Shown: positions 1-10,700 of the stretch, piece after piece | Layout of the letters: the number at the start of each line of letters is the position of its first letter | Numbering within the stretch: the stretch's first letter is position 1 | IMG/VR virus record: IMGVR_UViG_3300009786_000038 | Span: 1 to 34,160 of that record | Length of the DNA stretch: 34,160 nucleotides | Source: a virus | Taxonomy: Duplodnaviria; Caudoviricetes | Strand: one strand, 5' to 3' | Position numbers and translations under genes: made by a program | The notes under the pieces: model-generated | The model's database searches: none | The model's input: only the letters and a program-made list of their open reading frames with translations | Told to the model about the DNA's origin: nothing

Positions 1-23
1 CTATTTTGATATTATTTCTTCTT

Positions 24-377
24 TTATCTGTTATCTCCAGAACCTTTTAACTTTCCTCTTTTTTGTCTACTTTTTAGTTTTTCTATATTAATTTCAGCAA
101 CCTCTTCAAGCGATAAACCAAATTCCCGGCAAATCGCTGCTACATACCATAAAACATCACCTAGTTCTTTTGCTATCTCTGTTCTCTTATCGCTTATGGC
201 TTTTTCTAAATCTGTACTGTCTCTAATTATTTTTTTTACTTTTTCGCTAACTTCACCAGCTTCACCAGCTAGCCCCATTGTAGTATACGCAATTCCAGAA
301 ATTCCATCTGTTGGATAAATAGCAGTTTCCATTGCCAATGCTTGATACTCTAAGAATGTAGTTGCTTTTTTGTTCAC
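24..377 (-). CDS. mazG: MazG-like nucleoside triphosphate pyrophosphohydrolase
   Basis: 117 aa with GLAGEAGEVSEKVKK...KELGDVLWYVA and a C-terminal NIEKLKSR..RG.L.GSGDNR typical of phage MazG-like proteins. Confidence 0.9.
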   Translation of the reverse strand: MNKKATTFLEYQALAMETAIYPTDGISGIAYTTMGLAGEAGEVSEKVKKIIRDSTDLEKAISDKRTEIAKELGDVLWYVAAICREFGLSLEEVAEINIEKLKSRQKRGKLKGSGDNR

Positions 378-385
378 GATAACTC

Positions 386-961
386 CTACCCTTCAAGTAA
401 TGTATAACTGAATGAATTTCCATACAATTTAGCGGATTTTTTACACAGAGACATAAAGCAGCTAAAATCATTTGGATCAGCAAATACTTGACACCCTGCG
501 GAATAGCGATTTACTTCTGTACTTCCATGTAAAGAGGATCGGTGAATATTTATTCCATAGTATCCTTCACTAATCGAAGTTGAATCCATATCCAGTATAG
601 AATCTTTATTGCGATCTCTATAGACAGTTACTTTTCCATTTCTTTGACAAAGCGCATCATACTTTCCTTGGTGTTTATCTATCTTCCATACTCCTCTATA
701 TTGTTTATTTCCAACCAATATAGCAGTTCCATCTACTCTACTTGGATTCTTCAACCAATATAATCCTGGGTCAGTGGTAATTTGAAACACTAAATCTACG
801 AAAGAATTAGAATGATCTTTAAAAACCACATGAATAAAATCATCAAATACATTAGATTTTCTTGAAGGACTTCTTACTCCAACAATATTTATATTCCATT
901 TTCCAGCAGTAAAAACTTTGAATCCTTTTGCCTTGACTTGTTCCAGAATAGGGGGAAGCAT
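386..961 (-). CDS. Putative endolysin, YkuD/L,D-transpeptidase-like catalytic domain
   Basis: GINIHR...SAGCQV (His...SxGC) motif, NIVGVR and TTDPG motifs; GGAG RBS upstream of the ATG. Confidence 0.7.
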   Translation of the reverse strand: MLPPILEQVKAKGFKVFTAGKWNINIVGVRSPSRKSNVFDDFIHVVFKDHSNSFVDLVFQITTDPGLYWLKNPSRVDGTAILVGNKQYRGVWKIDKHQGKYDALCQRNGKVTVYRDRNKDSILDMDSTSISEGYYGINIHRSSLHGSTEVNRYSAGCQVFADPNDFSCFMSLCKKSAKLYGNSFSYTLLEG

Positions 962-1070
962 TTTATCTCCAATGTAGGTATTCTGAACTAATATAGTTAT
1001 ATTAAAATTTAAACAAATATCTAATTCAAAAAGTGATCAGATGAAACTTTCAATAGGGACGGTAGAGAGA

Positions 1071-1484
1071 ATGGAATGGATCTTGTTAGTTATTGGTCTT
1101 GTTGTCGGTGGTGGTACGGGTATTGGCATAACATGGAAAGTGTTAAACAAAGATACAGATCCAGTACCTGTTGTAGTAACAGGATCAAAAGTTGGAGAAA
1201 AATTAGCAGACATTGATTTGGTTAAAATTCCATGCAGTAAAGACTATATTGAACAGAATTCCGACCTATTATGTCGAGAATTGTTTTGTCGTATGCAACA
1301 AAGGGGTATTGATTCTAAAACATCAGCAGTAGATTGTTCTGGTATAAGCAATATGAATAATTCTTTGAAATTCATAACTATAGTTACAGAACACTGTAAA
1401 ATAACCCAAGAATCAACAGATGAGTATAATAAGTGCTTCGACAGATTTAATAGAATACTTACTACAGCTAAAAGCGGTCAATAA
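1071..1484 (+). CDS. Membrane-anchored Cys-rich hypothetical protein (possible lysis accessory)
   Basis: Start at MEWILLV (1071) preferred over 1041; N-terminal TM helix followed by a domain with 6 Cys; divergent from the endolysin. Confidence 0.55.
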   Translation: MEWILLVIGLVVGGGTGIGITWKVLNKDTDPVPVVVTGSKVGEKLADIDLVKIPCSKDYIEQNSDLLCRELFCRMQQRGIDSKTSAVDCSGISNMNNSLKFITIVTEHCKITQESTDEYNKCFDRFNRILTTAKSGQ

Positions 1485-1493
1485 GGAGTATCT

Positions 1494-4400
1494 ATGTTTT
1501 CTAATTGGGCTGGATTAAGTGGTTGGAAAACAACCGATGACCCAACAGGCGTTTTAAACGGGCGTTGCCTTATTGCAGAAGGTGGTCTTGAAACACCATC
1601 TTTTGAAATTCTGACGCAAGAAATATCAACATCAACAGCCTTTGATATTGATCATTATGAAATAACTACTAATTATGCTTTTCAAGATGATTGGCAATTT
1701 CAATCAGGTTTATTTTATTTGTTATCGAGGGCATCATACTCTGGAAGCAACTTAGTACACTGTTATGCTGCTGGATTCGATATTCAAAGAGGAACCATTA
1801 CGATAGCAAAATTCAACAGTGTGGAGTGGGAGTTTCTTAGCGTAGCTAAAATGACATCTAACTCACCAGTAATAACTAGATCTAAATTACATGAAATAAA
1901 ATTCAGAACTTTTGGAACCAACACAACTACGCTTGAATTAGAAATAGATGGAAATGTTATTCTTACTCATGCAGATATAGGAACAAGTCAAATAACTTCT
2001 GGATTCCCAGGAATTTTAGTTCAAAGAGGAACATTATATATAGATTCATTTTCTGTTATTAGATATACGGTTGACGCTAAAAGCCCTTCAGAATGGACCC
2101 CTGCTCTGCTTGGATTAAATCTTAGTCTATGGTTAAGCGACAGCAATAAAACTGTTGTACTAGACGCAGAAAGCAAGAAACGCATATCAGATTGGGATGA
2201 TATTTCTGGAAATTCAAACGATGGATCAACCTCGGTATATCAACGTCCTACTTATGTAGAAGAATGGAAGAATAATTTAGAAGGAGGAAATTGGGAACAC
2301 CAAGTAGGAGATCAAAGAACCTCTTCTTTCTTTACAGGTCCAGCCAATTCTGGGGCTGGAACAAATCAAGGTTTTTATGTCGCTAAGACTATGAACAATA
2401 CAACACCTTTTACTGTAAGCATGTGGGTTTATTTAACATCTTCGACAAGCACACAAGATTTGTTTTCATTTTTAGATAGTGCTTCATGGGACAAGGTGTT
2501 TTGGTGCAAAATTTCTTCTCTTCAAATGTATATACATGCTGATTGTACCACTACAAGCTCTCAAAATGATGCTTTTTATACCGGAATTACTACTACAGGT
2601 ATTCTAAATACATGGGCTAATCTGACATTTACTTATACTGGAACACAGTCAAATCTAGTTAATGATTTAAATTTAAAAGTATATCTTAATGGAGTTCCAA
2701 TAACATTTAGTAGCCAAAATGACCGAAATCCTGGTGGTGGTTCTCCTGTAGGTCTTCAAGCTCCTGGTACTCATTTTTTAGTAAATGCGGTAGATGGCGA
2801 TAGTACAGGTGGGTATGGAATTGATAATGGATTCATAGCTGATGTAAGTTTTTGGAACCAAGTATTAACAGGCACCGAAGTAACAGAATTATATAACTCT
2901 GGAAATTATTTAGATTTATCTCTACATAGTGCATATGCCAATTTAACAGATTGGTGGAAATTTGAAGAAACATTTGGAGGACCAAGAAAAAGAAAAAATG
3001 CTGTTTTGTTCCCCGATTTAAAAGGAACATCAAACTTACAAGCACCTGACTGGTGGACTTTTATGAGGGAAGTGCCGACAGAAGGTTCCTCTCCACAACA
3101 AGGAACAGGAAGCAGCTACTATTTTGGTGGAAATTATATTCCATTGTTTGAAAAAGATGCACCCACAGGAGGACAAGGATCATTGTATTGGGGTCAACCC
3201 GCTGCTGCTGCACCTGTTGGAAGTTACAGATATTTATCTTTTACTGATGGAACCAGCTTAATAGCAGAAGGAACTGCTATAACAATAGCTTTCTGGATAA
3301 AAATAGAAAGTGGAACATTAGAAAATAAACGTTTATTTACTGCTCAAAATGAAAGTGGAACAGATATTTTCTATGTTGAAACAGATCAAAATGGGCCATC
3401 ACACCCAGAACTTAGAGTTTATGCAAGAAGCGATAGCTATACCGCAACACCAGGAGATATTTACTGCCAATTAGAATATGACGATAATGCTTTTACTTCA
3501 CCAGGGTGGCATCATGTTGTAATAACTTGGGATGGAGTTGCAGCATCCTTAGATACAGCAGTTGCAGTATATGTTGATGGTGTTGTTCAAAGTACCAGTA
3601 GCACAACTATAAACAATCCAGCACTAGCTGTTAATTATGCTTTGGGATCAGTAACTGAATTCATCTTCTTTTCTGATAGCAAACTTAGTATATCAAAAGA
3701 AATACGACATAATATTTATTCTATTGTTGTATTTGATGCAGTATTAGATGCTCCCGCTGTTACTGAATTGTACAATACTGGTAGTGTGCTTGATCCAGCT
3801 ACCCATAGTGATTCCGGTAATTTAATTCATTTTTGGAGAACAGTAGAGAAAGATGGAAAAAATAGAAACCTAGAAGAAAGTTTCAGCATCGGAAATGAAC
3901 GAACTCCCGCTGATTTTTTATTCCAAATTAACGGTAGCCTAAAAGATACAACATCAAGCGAAATATGGAACGCACAATATCAAACATTCTCTGTTGCACA
4001 AATAGGTCCAGGTGGTGGTGGTGCTTTTCCTTCTCTATTAAAGGTTGCTGCTTCTTCTACTCTAGACCTAGATTCTTCTGGTGCATCTATATTTGCAATT
4101 ATGTATTCAAATATTCAATTGGTTGGAGGTGATGAACAAATAGTATTACAAAAATCAAACAGTTATGGAATACTTGTCAAAGAAAATCAACTTCGTTTTG
4201 TTAATGCAGATGCAGAATACGGATCTCCTTCAACTGTTAAATTTGGGACAAAAGCACTATTTTTGGCAGAAGTCATTACAAATGATGGAATCTATATAAA
4301 TGGAACTTCTAGCCAATCACTAACTGGCATCAGTACAACTGCGGATAACAGTTATATACTTTCTATCGGTGCAACTAAAGACGCTACTCTTTCTACTACT

Positions 4401-4559
4401 TTATTAGGTGGACTTGGTGAAATTCTGGTTTATAAGGGAGAACTTTCTACAGGAGAAAGACAGAAGGTAGAGGGTTATCTCGCCCACAAGTGGGGTCTTA
4501 ATGCTGTTCTTCCTTCAACACATCCTTATTCATCACAAACACCTAAAGTCGGAGATTAA
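1494..4559 (+). CDS. LamG/concanavalin A-like domain virion protein (long paralog)
   Basis: AAGGAG RBS; two LamG-type units (FTVSMWV...W.NLTFTY...VYLNG; ITIAFWIK...WHHVVITWDG...VYVDG) and C-terminal GEILVY...RQKVEGYLAHKWGL. Confidence 0.75.
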   Translation: MFSNWAGLSGWKTTDDPTGVLNGRCLIAEGGLETPSFEILTQEISTSTAFDIDHYEITTNYAFQDDWQFQSGLFYLLSRASYSGSNLVHCYAAGFDIQRGTITIAKFNSVEWEFLSVAKMTSNSPVITRSKLHEIKFRTFGTNTTTLELEIDGNVILTHADIGTSQITSGFPGILVQRGTLYIDSFSVIRYTVDAKSPSEWTPALLGLNLSLWLSDSNKTVVLDAESKKRISDWDDISGNSNDGSTSVYQRPTYVEEWKNNLEGGNWEHQVGDQRTSSFFTGPANSGAGTNQGFYVAKTMNNTTPFTVSMWVYLTSSTSTQDLFSFLDSASWDKVFWCKISSLQMYIHADCTTTSSQNDAFYTGITTTGILNTWANLTFTYTGTQSNLVNDLNLKVYLNGVPITFSSQNDRNPGGGSPVGLQAPGTHFLVNAVDGDSTGGYGIDNGFIADVSFWNQVLTGTEVTELYNSGNYLDLSLHSAYANLTDWWKFEETFGGPRKRKNAVLFPDLKGTSNLQAPDWWTFMREVPTEGSSPQQGTGSSYYFGGNYIPLFEKDAPTGGQGSLYWGQPAAAAPVGSYRYLSFTDGTSLIAEGTAITIAFWIKIESGTLENKRLFTAQNESGTDIFYVETDQNGPSHPELRVYARSDSYTATPGDIYCQLEYDDNAFTSPGWHHVVITWDGVAASLDTAVAVYVDGVVQSTSSTTINNPALAVNYALGSVTEFIFFSDSKLSISKEIRHNIYSIVVFDAVLDAPAVTELYNTGSVLDPATHSDSGNLIHFWRTVEKDGKNRNLEESFSIGNERTPADFLFQINGSLKDTTSSEIWNAQYQTFSVAQIGPGGGGAFPSLLKVAASSTLDLDSSGASIFAIMYSNIQLVGGDEQIVLQKSNSYGILVKENQLRFVNADAEYGSPSTVKFGTKALFLAEVITNDGIYINGTSSQSLTGISTTADNSYILSIGATKDATLSTTLLGGLGEILVYKGELSTGERQKVEGYLAHKWGLNAVLPSTHPYSSQTPKVGD

Positions 4560-4561
4560 AA

Positions 4562-5857
4562 ATGAAGAGTAATTGGAAAGGAACGTCTGGATGGGCTTCA
4601 ATTGACGATCCGACAGGCGTTCTTAATGGAAAGGTTTTAGTAGTAACTTCTGGTTTATCAGCAACAACAGAAGATTATCTTACACAAATCCCAGGAACCA
4701 CCGTACCATTCGTTGAAAATCATTATTCAGTTATGATTAATTATGGGTGGGGCATGGGAAGTGGTCTTCATCCACTTGCTATGGGTGAATTAGGGCTAAT
4801 CGCTAGGGCTAGCAATTTCATTGCTAATATACCCATGGCTTATGATGCTTATATAGGAAAGTTTAATATAGAAACAGGAAAAATAAGTATTGTAAAACGA
4901 TACCAAAACACTGAAACTATTTTAAGTGAAGCAAATGTTCCTTCCGATGTAATTGGTAAAGGAATGAAGCATGGGATGGAGTTTAAATGTTATGGAACCA
5001 ATCCAGTAACCCTTCAATTTTCAGTAGATAATACTATTTATTGTACTTATGGAGACTCTTCTAGTTCCTTGCTATCATCTGGATTCCCAGGAATTCATGC
5101 AAACAGTGGGACTAGCTATGTGGATAATTTTACAATTATTAAATATCAGGAAGACGGAAAAGACGCTGTAGCTTGGTTGCCTAATAACTCAGCTACTACT
5201 TTAGCTGCTTGGTGGAAATCAGATGTTGGTATAACTGAGTCGGGTGGGGACATTTCTGCATGGGCAGATCAAAGTGGTAATGCAAATAATTTATCACAAG
5301 CAACACCAGCCGATAAACCAAAATATATTCAAACATATATAGCAAATCTCCCAATTGTATCTTTTACTGCAACGAATCATATTCTGTCTGCTAGCGATAC
5401 AGCATCTTTAGATATAACTAGCGGTATTACCCTATTTGCTATTGTAGTAGCACCAACGATGGGGGTTCCAGCAGAAAGACTTATTGTGACAAAAGGAACA
5501 AATTATGAGCTTGCTTTAACAACAGCCAATGCCGTTGAATATCAAACCAGTACAACAGATACTAGCACATCAATTAATCGCGCAAATTCTATTCAACTTA
5601 TTGAACTTGTCAGTGGATCAAATTTCTATTTAAACGGGGTAGAAGCTGGTCCCACAACTGCTGTAAATGGTGTCGCAAATGCAAATGTTCTAGACGTTCA
5701 ATTTAAAGAAGGTAAAATAGGTGAAATTATTGTCTATGACGGAATTTTGACTACTGACGACAGACAAAAAATAGAAGGTTATCTTACACATAAATGGAGA
5801 TTATCTGCACAACTTCCTACTACTCATCCTTACCGCTCTTATGCGCCACTTTTATAA
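4562..5857 (+). CDS. Lectin/LamG-like virion protein (short paralog of 1494..4559)
   Basis: Shares N-terminal SNW.G.SGW...DDPTGVLNG and C-terminal GEI.VY.G.L.T..RQK.EGYL.HKW.L...LP.THPY with the upstream gene. Confidence 0.75.
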   Translation: MKSNWKGTSGWASIDDPTGVLNGKVLVVTSGLSATTEDYLTQIPGTTVPFVENHYSVMINYGWGMGSGLHPLAMGELGLIARASNFIANIPMAYDAYIGKFNIETGKISIVKRYQNTETILSEANVPSDVIGKGMKHGMEFKCYGTNPVTLQFSVDNTIYCTYGDSSSSLLSSGFPGIHANSGTSYVDNFTIIKYQEDGKDAVAWLPNNSATTLAAWWKSDVGITESGGDISAWADQSGNANNLSQATPADKPKYIQTYIANLPIVSFTATNHILSASDTASLDITSGITLFAIVVAPTMGVPAERLIVTKGTNYELALTTANAVEYQTSTTDTSTSINRANSIQLIELVSGSNFYLNGVEAGPTTAVNGVANANVLDVQFKEGKIGEIIVYDGILTTDDRQKIEGYLTHKWRLSAQLPTTHPYRSYAPLL

Positions 5858-5859
5858 AA

Positions 5860-6204
5860 ATGAACGATACAAATCAAATAAAAAAAATCAATCAAGATAT
5901 TCTTTCTCGACTACAAAATGTAGAAACTTCGATGAAGAAAATAGAGAAAGAATTAAAAAACACAACAGGATTAAATTCTTTTATAGAAAATAAACATATT
6001 ACAAGACAAGATAAGATTTGGGGTTGTGAAAAATGTGGATCACGACTAGGTATATATGATAAGGAAAAAGATGAGCTAAGAGTTCGTTATAGAGATTTTT
6101 TTGCTTGGTGGAAACCAGGAATTGATGGTTATCTAAAAATTGTATGTAGAGGATGTTCACATATCAATGAAGTAAGATATACTGATAATGGCGACAACAT
6201 ATAG
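5860..6204 (+). CDS. Zinc-ribbon protein with N-terminal coiled coil (Mu Com-like Cys arrangement)
   Basis: ATG at 5860 just after the previous stop; CEKCG...KIVCRGCSHIN. Confidence 0.6.
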   Translation: MNDTNQIKKINQDILSRLQNVETSMKKIEKELKNTTGLNSFIENKHITRQDKIWGCEKCGSRLGIYDKEKDELRVRYRDFFAWWKPGIDGYLKIVCRGCSHINEVRYTDNGDNI

Positions 6205-6205
6205 A

Positions 6206-6234
6206 TGGACAAATTTAAAAAATTAGCATATTAT
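6206..6234 (+). promoter_or_regulatory. Sigma70-like promoter for the tail tube operon
   Basis: TGGACA-N17-TATTAT, followed by an AGGAG RBS and ATG 6260. Confidence 0.55.
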
Positions 6235-6259
6235 ACTATTGAACTTAGGAGATAATTAG

Positions 6260-6871
6260 ATGTTAAATATACCAAGTGGAAAGGCATCCAACGTTAGTTT
6301 TGGACCTGCCAGAGTTTTCATGAGTAAGATTGTTGATGGATATGACGCAGATTGGTCAACAACTCCAATGGCTACACCAAACACAATCGCAAGCAACGAT
6401 GTAGGTTGGATTGGAGAAGATGGGGTTACGGTAGAACTATCCTCAGAAAAAAAGGACATCACCCAAGGAAATCCTAAACTAATCAATTATTCTTTCTGTC
6501 AAGCTCAAGGTGCCACAGTTAAGTTTTCATCAATTCAATGGGATTTTGATAATTTTTCCAGTGCGCTTGGAGCAGGGGCAACCGCTGGAACTGGTACTGC
6601 TGGTTCTACCGATACTTTTGCTTTCGGTGGTAATGCACTAAACGACGTAGTTGCTATGGTTGTTCAACACCAGATGGCAACGACAGGCGATACTCTCACC
6701 CTGTTTTGCTGGAAAGTCCAATCTGAATCCGGTTTCAGTATACCTTTCGGTGCTGATGAACATTCATTTGAATTCGGTTTTAAAGTAGTTAGATCTGAAT
6801 ATGAATGGGGTGGAGAAGCTTTAGGAACTGATGAACAGCTTATTCGTTTTAATAGATGGTATGCACCTTGA
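6260..6871 (+). CDS. Major tail tube protein
   Basis: About 200 aa, beta-rich, GPARVF...DVGWIGEDGVTVE motif; located upstream of the chaperones and tape measure. Confidence 0.75.
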   Translation: MLNIPSGKASNVSFGPARVFMSKIVDGYDADWSTTPMATPNTIASNDVGWIGEDGVTVELSSEKKDITQGNPKLINYSFCQAQGATVKFSSIQWDFDNFSSALGAGATAGTGTAGSTDTFAFGGNALNDVVAMVVQHQMATTGDTLTLFCWKVQSESGFSIPFGADEHSFEFGFKVVRSEYEWGGEALGTDEQLIRFNRWYAP

Positions 6872-6930
6872 TTTAATCTAAATACTTAGATTATTAATTC
6901 CACAAATACCCGATGAGGTAGGAGTTCAAT

Positions 6931-7437
6931 ATGTCTGATGAAATACTCGACACAGAAATAAAAGAAACAGAACAACAAGATCTTCTGAATTCTATCAAAA
7001 ACTTCTTAGCTACTCTCGTTCCTCCGACGAACATAGTTATTGAAGATATTTTTGGTAATTCATATGAATTAGCTTGCTCAGTCAGTGCCAGAAATCAAAT
7101 TAAGATTTTAAGAGAATTTGATAAAATTAAAGATATTGGTTCTGACTTTAAATTTAGTGCTGATGGTTCAGTTGGAAGCTTGGTTGACAACATCATATCT
7201 ATCGCCACTGATGATCAAGCTTTACTAATTATATGCAGATGTTTTTCATTAGGACACGGTGCATGTTTAGAACAAGTAAAGGAAGTCGCTAACGCTAATA
7301 GTACACCTTATGATGCAGGGGATATGGCATGTGCTGACCTCTTTGCACTAGAGGAGTTGGTTACTGCCATTGTCCCTTTGTTTATTCGCTTGGCGAAAAG
7401 AGCAAGCCAAGCGGTGAACAGAGTGCTAAACAAATAA
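6931..7437 (+). CDS. Tail assembly chaperone (gpG-like)
   Basis: Acidic protein between tail tube and tape measure; AGGAG RBS; slippery heptamer near the 3' end. Confidence 0.7.
   Translation: MSDEILDTEIKETEQQDLLNSIKNFLATLVPPTNIVIEDIFGNSYELACSVSARNQIKILREFDKIKDIGSDFKFSADGSVGSLVDNIISIATDDQALLIICRCFSLGHGACLEQVKEVANANSTPYDAGDMACADLFALEELVTAIVPLFIRLAKRASQAVNRVLNK
7374..7380 (+). other. -1 programmed ribosomal frameshift site C CCT TTG
   Basis: X XXY YYZ heptamer in the correct frame; the -1 frame is open from here through 7745. Confidence 0.7.
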
Positions 7438-7745
7438 ATCCTCAAAAATATGTAGATGATTTGGAGCTAGTTATCGGAACTCTTTTAAGCACAGGACACA
7501 CGCTTGATGATGTTCTTGATATGAGTTGGGACCATATTCGGTTTGCATCAGCTTCTATAATGACGCATAAGTCATATATGCTTGGTATAATATTTGATGC
7601 CGTTTCTATCGGATTGGGTGGCAAAAAAGCAAAAAAGAAAGGTCAAGAAAAATACACTGGAAACAAAAGTAAATCAAAACAAAGTAAAGAAGAAAAAGAT
7701 GCTGCCCTATTAAGTGGAATTAGAAACATGGGATTAAAGATTTAA
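7380..7745 (+). CDS. Tail assembly chaperone C-terminal extension (gpGT-like, -1 frame)
   Basis: ORF 7461..7745 has only a TTG start without an obvious RBS; its frame is open back to the slippery site; TLDDVLDMSW motif resembles gpT-type segments. Confidence 0.65.
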   Translation, partial: VYSLGEKSKPSGEQSAKQINPQKYVDDLELVIGTLLSTGHTLDDVLDMSWDHIRFASASIMTHKSYMLGIIFDAVSIGLGGKKAKKKGQEKYTGNKSKSKQSKEEKDAALLSGIRNMGLKI

Positions 7746-7757
7746 TAGGGATTAGTC

Positions 7758-10700
7758 ATGGCATGGGCAGAAAGAATAGATGTAGAGATTGGGCTTAATT
7801 CTAGGGATTTTAATAAAAAGCTAGATAAAGCCATTGGAAACATGAACAGGTTTTCCACGACTGTTTCTAAACAAAGTAAAAAAGCCTTTAGTGTAATGGC
7901 AGCTTCAGCAGCACTAGCCGGGGTTGCTGTTGCTAAATTCGGAGTAACTGCTGTTGAAGCTGGTGCAAAATTTGAAAATGCTATGTATACCTTGGGTTCT
8001 ATTAGGGGAATAGATCCACTTACAGGCTCCCTTAAAGGGGCAGAAGATCAAGCTAGGTCGTTGGGGCAATCTACCCTGTTTACAGCAACCCAAGCGGCAG
8101 AAGGGATGCAGAAATTGGCTCGCGCTGGTATGTCGATGGCTGACATTATAGCAACTTCTGGAACCGCATTAGAATTCGCTGGTGCAAACTTCATATCAAT
8201 GAACCAATCCACTACTTTAGTTGCTGCAACTATGAAGCAATTTAGTATTGCTGCACAAGACGCTACACGAATTACTGATGTTATGACTACCGCTGCTCAG
8301 AACTCTCTTTATAACATTGAGGGACTAGCCACATCAATGCGGTATGGTGGTTCGGCAGGGTCTTCTCTAGGTGCGTCTTTAGAAGAGACTGTTGCTATGT
8401 TGGCTCAGTTTAGAAACCTTGGTCTTGAATCTTCAATGGCTGGTGTTCGTTTCAGACAATCAATGCTAGCTCTTTCAGCACCGACATATAAAGCCAAAAA
8501 AGCACTCGCGGCATTAAATATACCACTGGAAGAAGTAAACCCAAGAGTAGTTGGTCTAGAACAAGCGTTTTTAAGATTAGGAAAAGCGGGATTAACAGCA
8601 GATCAACTTGTACCTATTGTAAATAAGATTTCAGCAGCAGACGTAGCAAAAATCTCTTCTCAATTGCATGACGCTAGTACAGCAGTTGGAGATCTTGGAG
8701 AAAACTCAAAGGAGACAATAACTCCTGTTCAAGATTTGATGAATAAAATGTCTGAAATGCGTGGGGTTACTAAAAAGACCTACGATATGATCAAAGCCAG
8801 TACAGTTGGTCAGTTTCAAATATTACAATCTGCATTTCAAGAACTACAAATAACTTTATTTGATGCCTTAAAAGGTGGACCTACTGGAACAGAAGAGCAA
8901 TTTGCAAGTATTAAACATGTAATCCAAGGACTAAAATCAGTTGTAGATGATTTAATTAGAGCTTTTAAAATATCATTAAATGAAATAGGAAAATCTACAG
9001 GGGCTATTTTTGGTGATGTAGCAAATAAGTTAAAGTCAAACAGCGAAGTAATTGCTGCTACTTTAGTAAAAAATGTTTTACATGCAATGAGTTTTGCTAA
9101 AGCTTTATATGATTGGATCTCTGTAATTGCGACCATTACTAAATTATTGGCAGTAATGTTTGCTAGCTTTAGTATAGTTTCAATGACAGCAGCAGTATAT
9201 GGATTCATAAAAGCACTGATTCTGCTAGCTGGTACAGCCACAACAGCATCTCTGGCATTTCATACATTAGCCGCAAGTTTGGCAGAAGCTCAATTAGCCT
9301 TACTTGGACCCCTTGGGATCGTGGCAGCACTTGGTCTATTTATAGGGGCTATGGGAGGTATAGAAATTGCTAGCAGAGCAGCAGCGGATAAAACAGATTT
9401 GCTTACCCAAAAGATTGTGGCACAAAAGACAGCATATACAGAATTTACTAAAGTTCTAGAAGAGTATCTTAATCAAGTAAGCAACGTAGAACAACGAGTA
9501 GGCATTAAAGCAATTAGCGATGAACTGGACGTAAGAGGCGAACTTAATGTATCGTTAAAAACAACTTTAGATAATTTACGAAATCTAACTGAGGAACAGA
9601 AACAAGCCGCACCAGAAAAATATTTTAATACACAAATAATGGCAGGGGGTAAACTATACGATGTAGTATTAGACCTTGTTGCAGCAAGAAAGCTCCAAGA
9701 AACCTCTTTAGATGAAGTTGTAGGTGCAGAAAATATTGCTGCTTTATCAACTGAAAGATTTGCTAGCTCAGTAGATAAAGCTACAGGAGATATTCGTTTT
9801 GGTAGCACAGAGCTAAAGAGCGCACAGATAAGTCTTAAAGACTATTCTGACACTATGGAAGGAGGAACACAAGGAGTACAAAAATTTACAACTGAAATGA
9901 AAGATGGAATTAAGGTATTTAAAGATCTTGGTGGATCTAGTACAGAAATAGAAGGAGCATCAATCGCGTTTGCAGAGACTTTGAAGAAGCAAGGAATAGC
10001 GGTAAGTAATCTCGCTGACGATTACTCTGGTGAATTAAATCCACAACTTATGAACATGAGGGGTATTGAAGCCGATATTCTAGCAGAAAGCGACAAAAAG
10101 ATAGAAAATATCAATCGATACCAAAATGCAAATACCTCATTAAAAGACGCTCTACAAGATGTTGTTACTAAAAGCAAAGAGTATGCAGAACTTCCTGATC
10201 CAGGGTTTTTGGATTCAGTTAGTGAGTCAGAAAGTGGTGCAAAACGTCTATTAATAGGAGAAATTGAAGAAGATCTTAAAGACCTACAAGAGCTTCTTAA
10301 CGATCTAGGAGAAGCAGATATAATCACCATTCCAGAAATACCACAAATTGATTTAACTGCGTGGCATGACGTTAAAGGCATAATTGGAACGGTAACTGAT
10401 ACTGATGATCTTGATAATTTCATATCGGTACTCAACACACAATTAGAACCATCATTTGTAAATATACAATCATCAACCGCGCATTGGATTCAGCTAAATC
10501 AGAAATGGCATGACGCTCTTATGGGAATGTTGGATATAGACGTTACTCCTGTTAGTGAGGGTATAAGAAAAGTAGGAGCAGAAGCAGATAGTGCCGCTAA
10601 TAAACTAAAATCACTTCTTGATAAATTAGAAAAACTAAAAGATAAAAGAATTCAAATAATTATTTCTTTACAACAAGAAGTAGCAGAATTGATTGATCCA

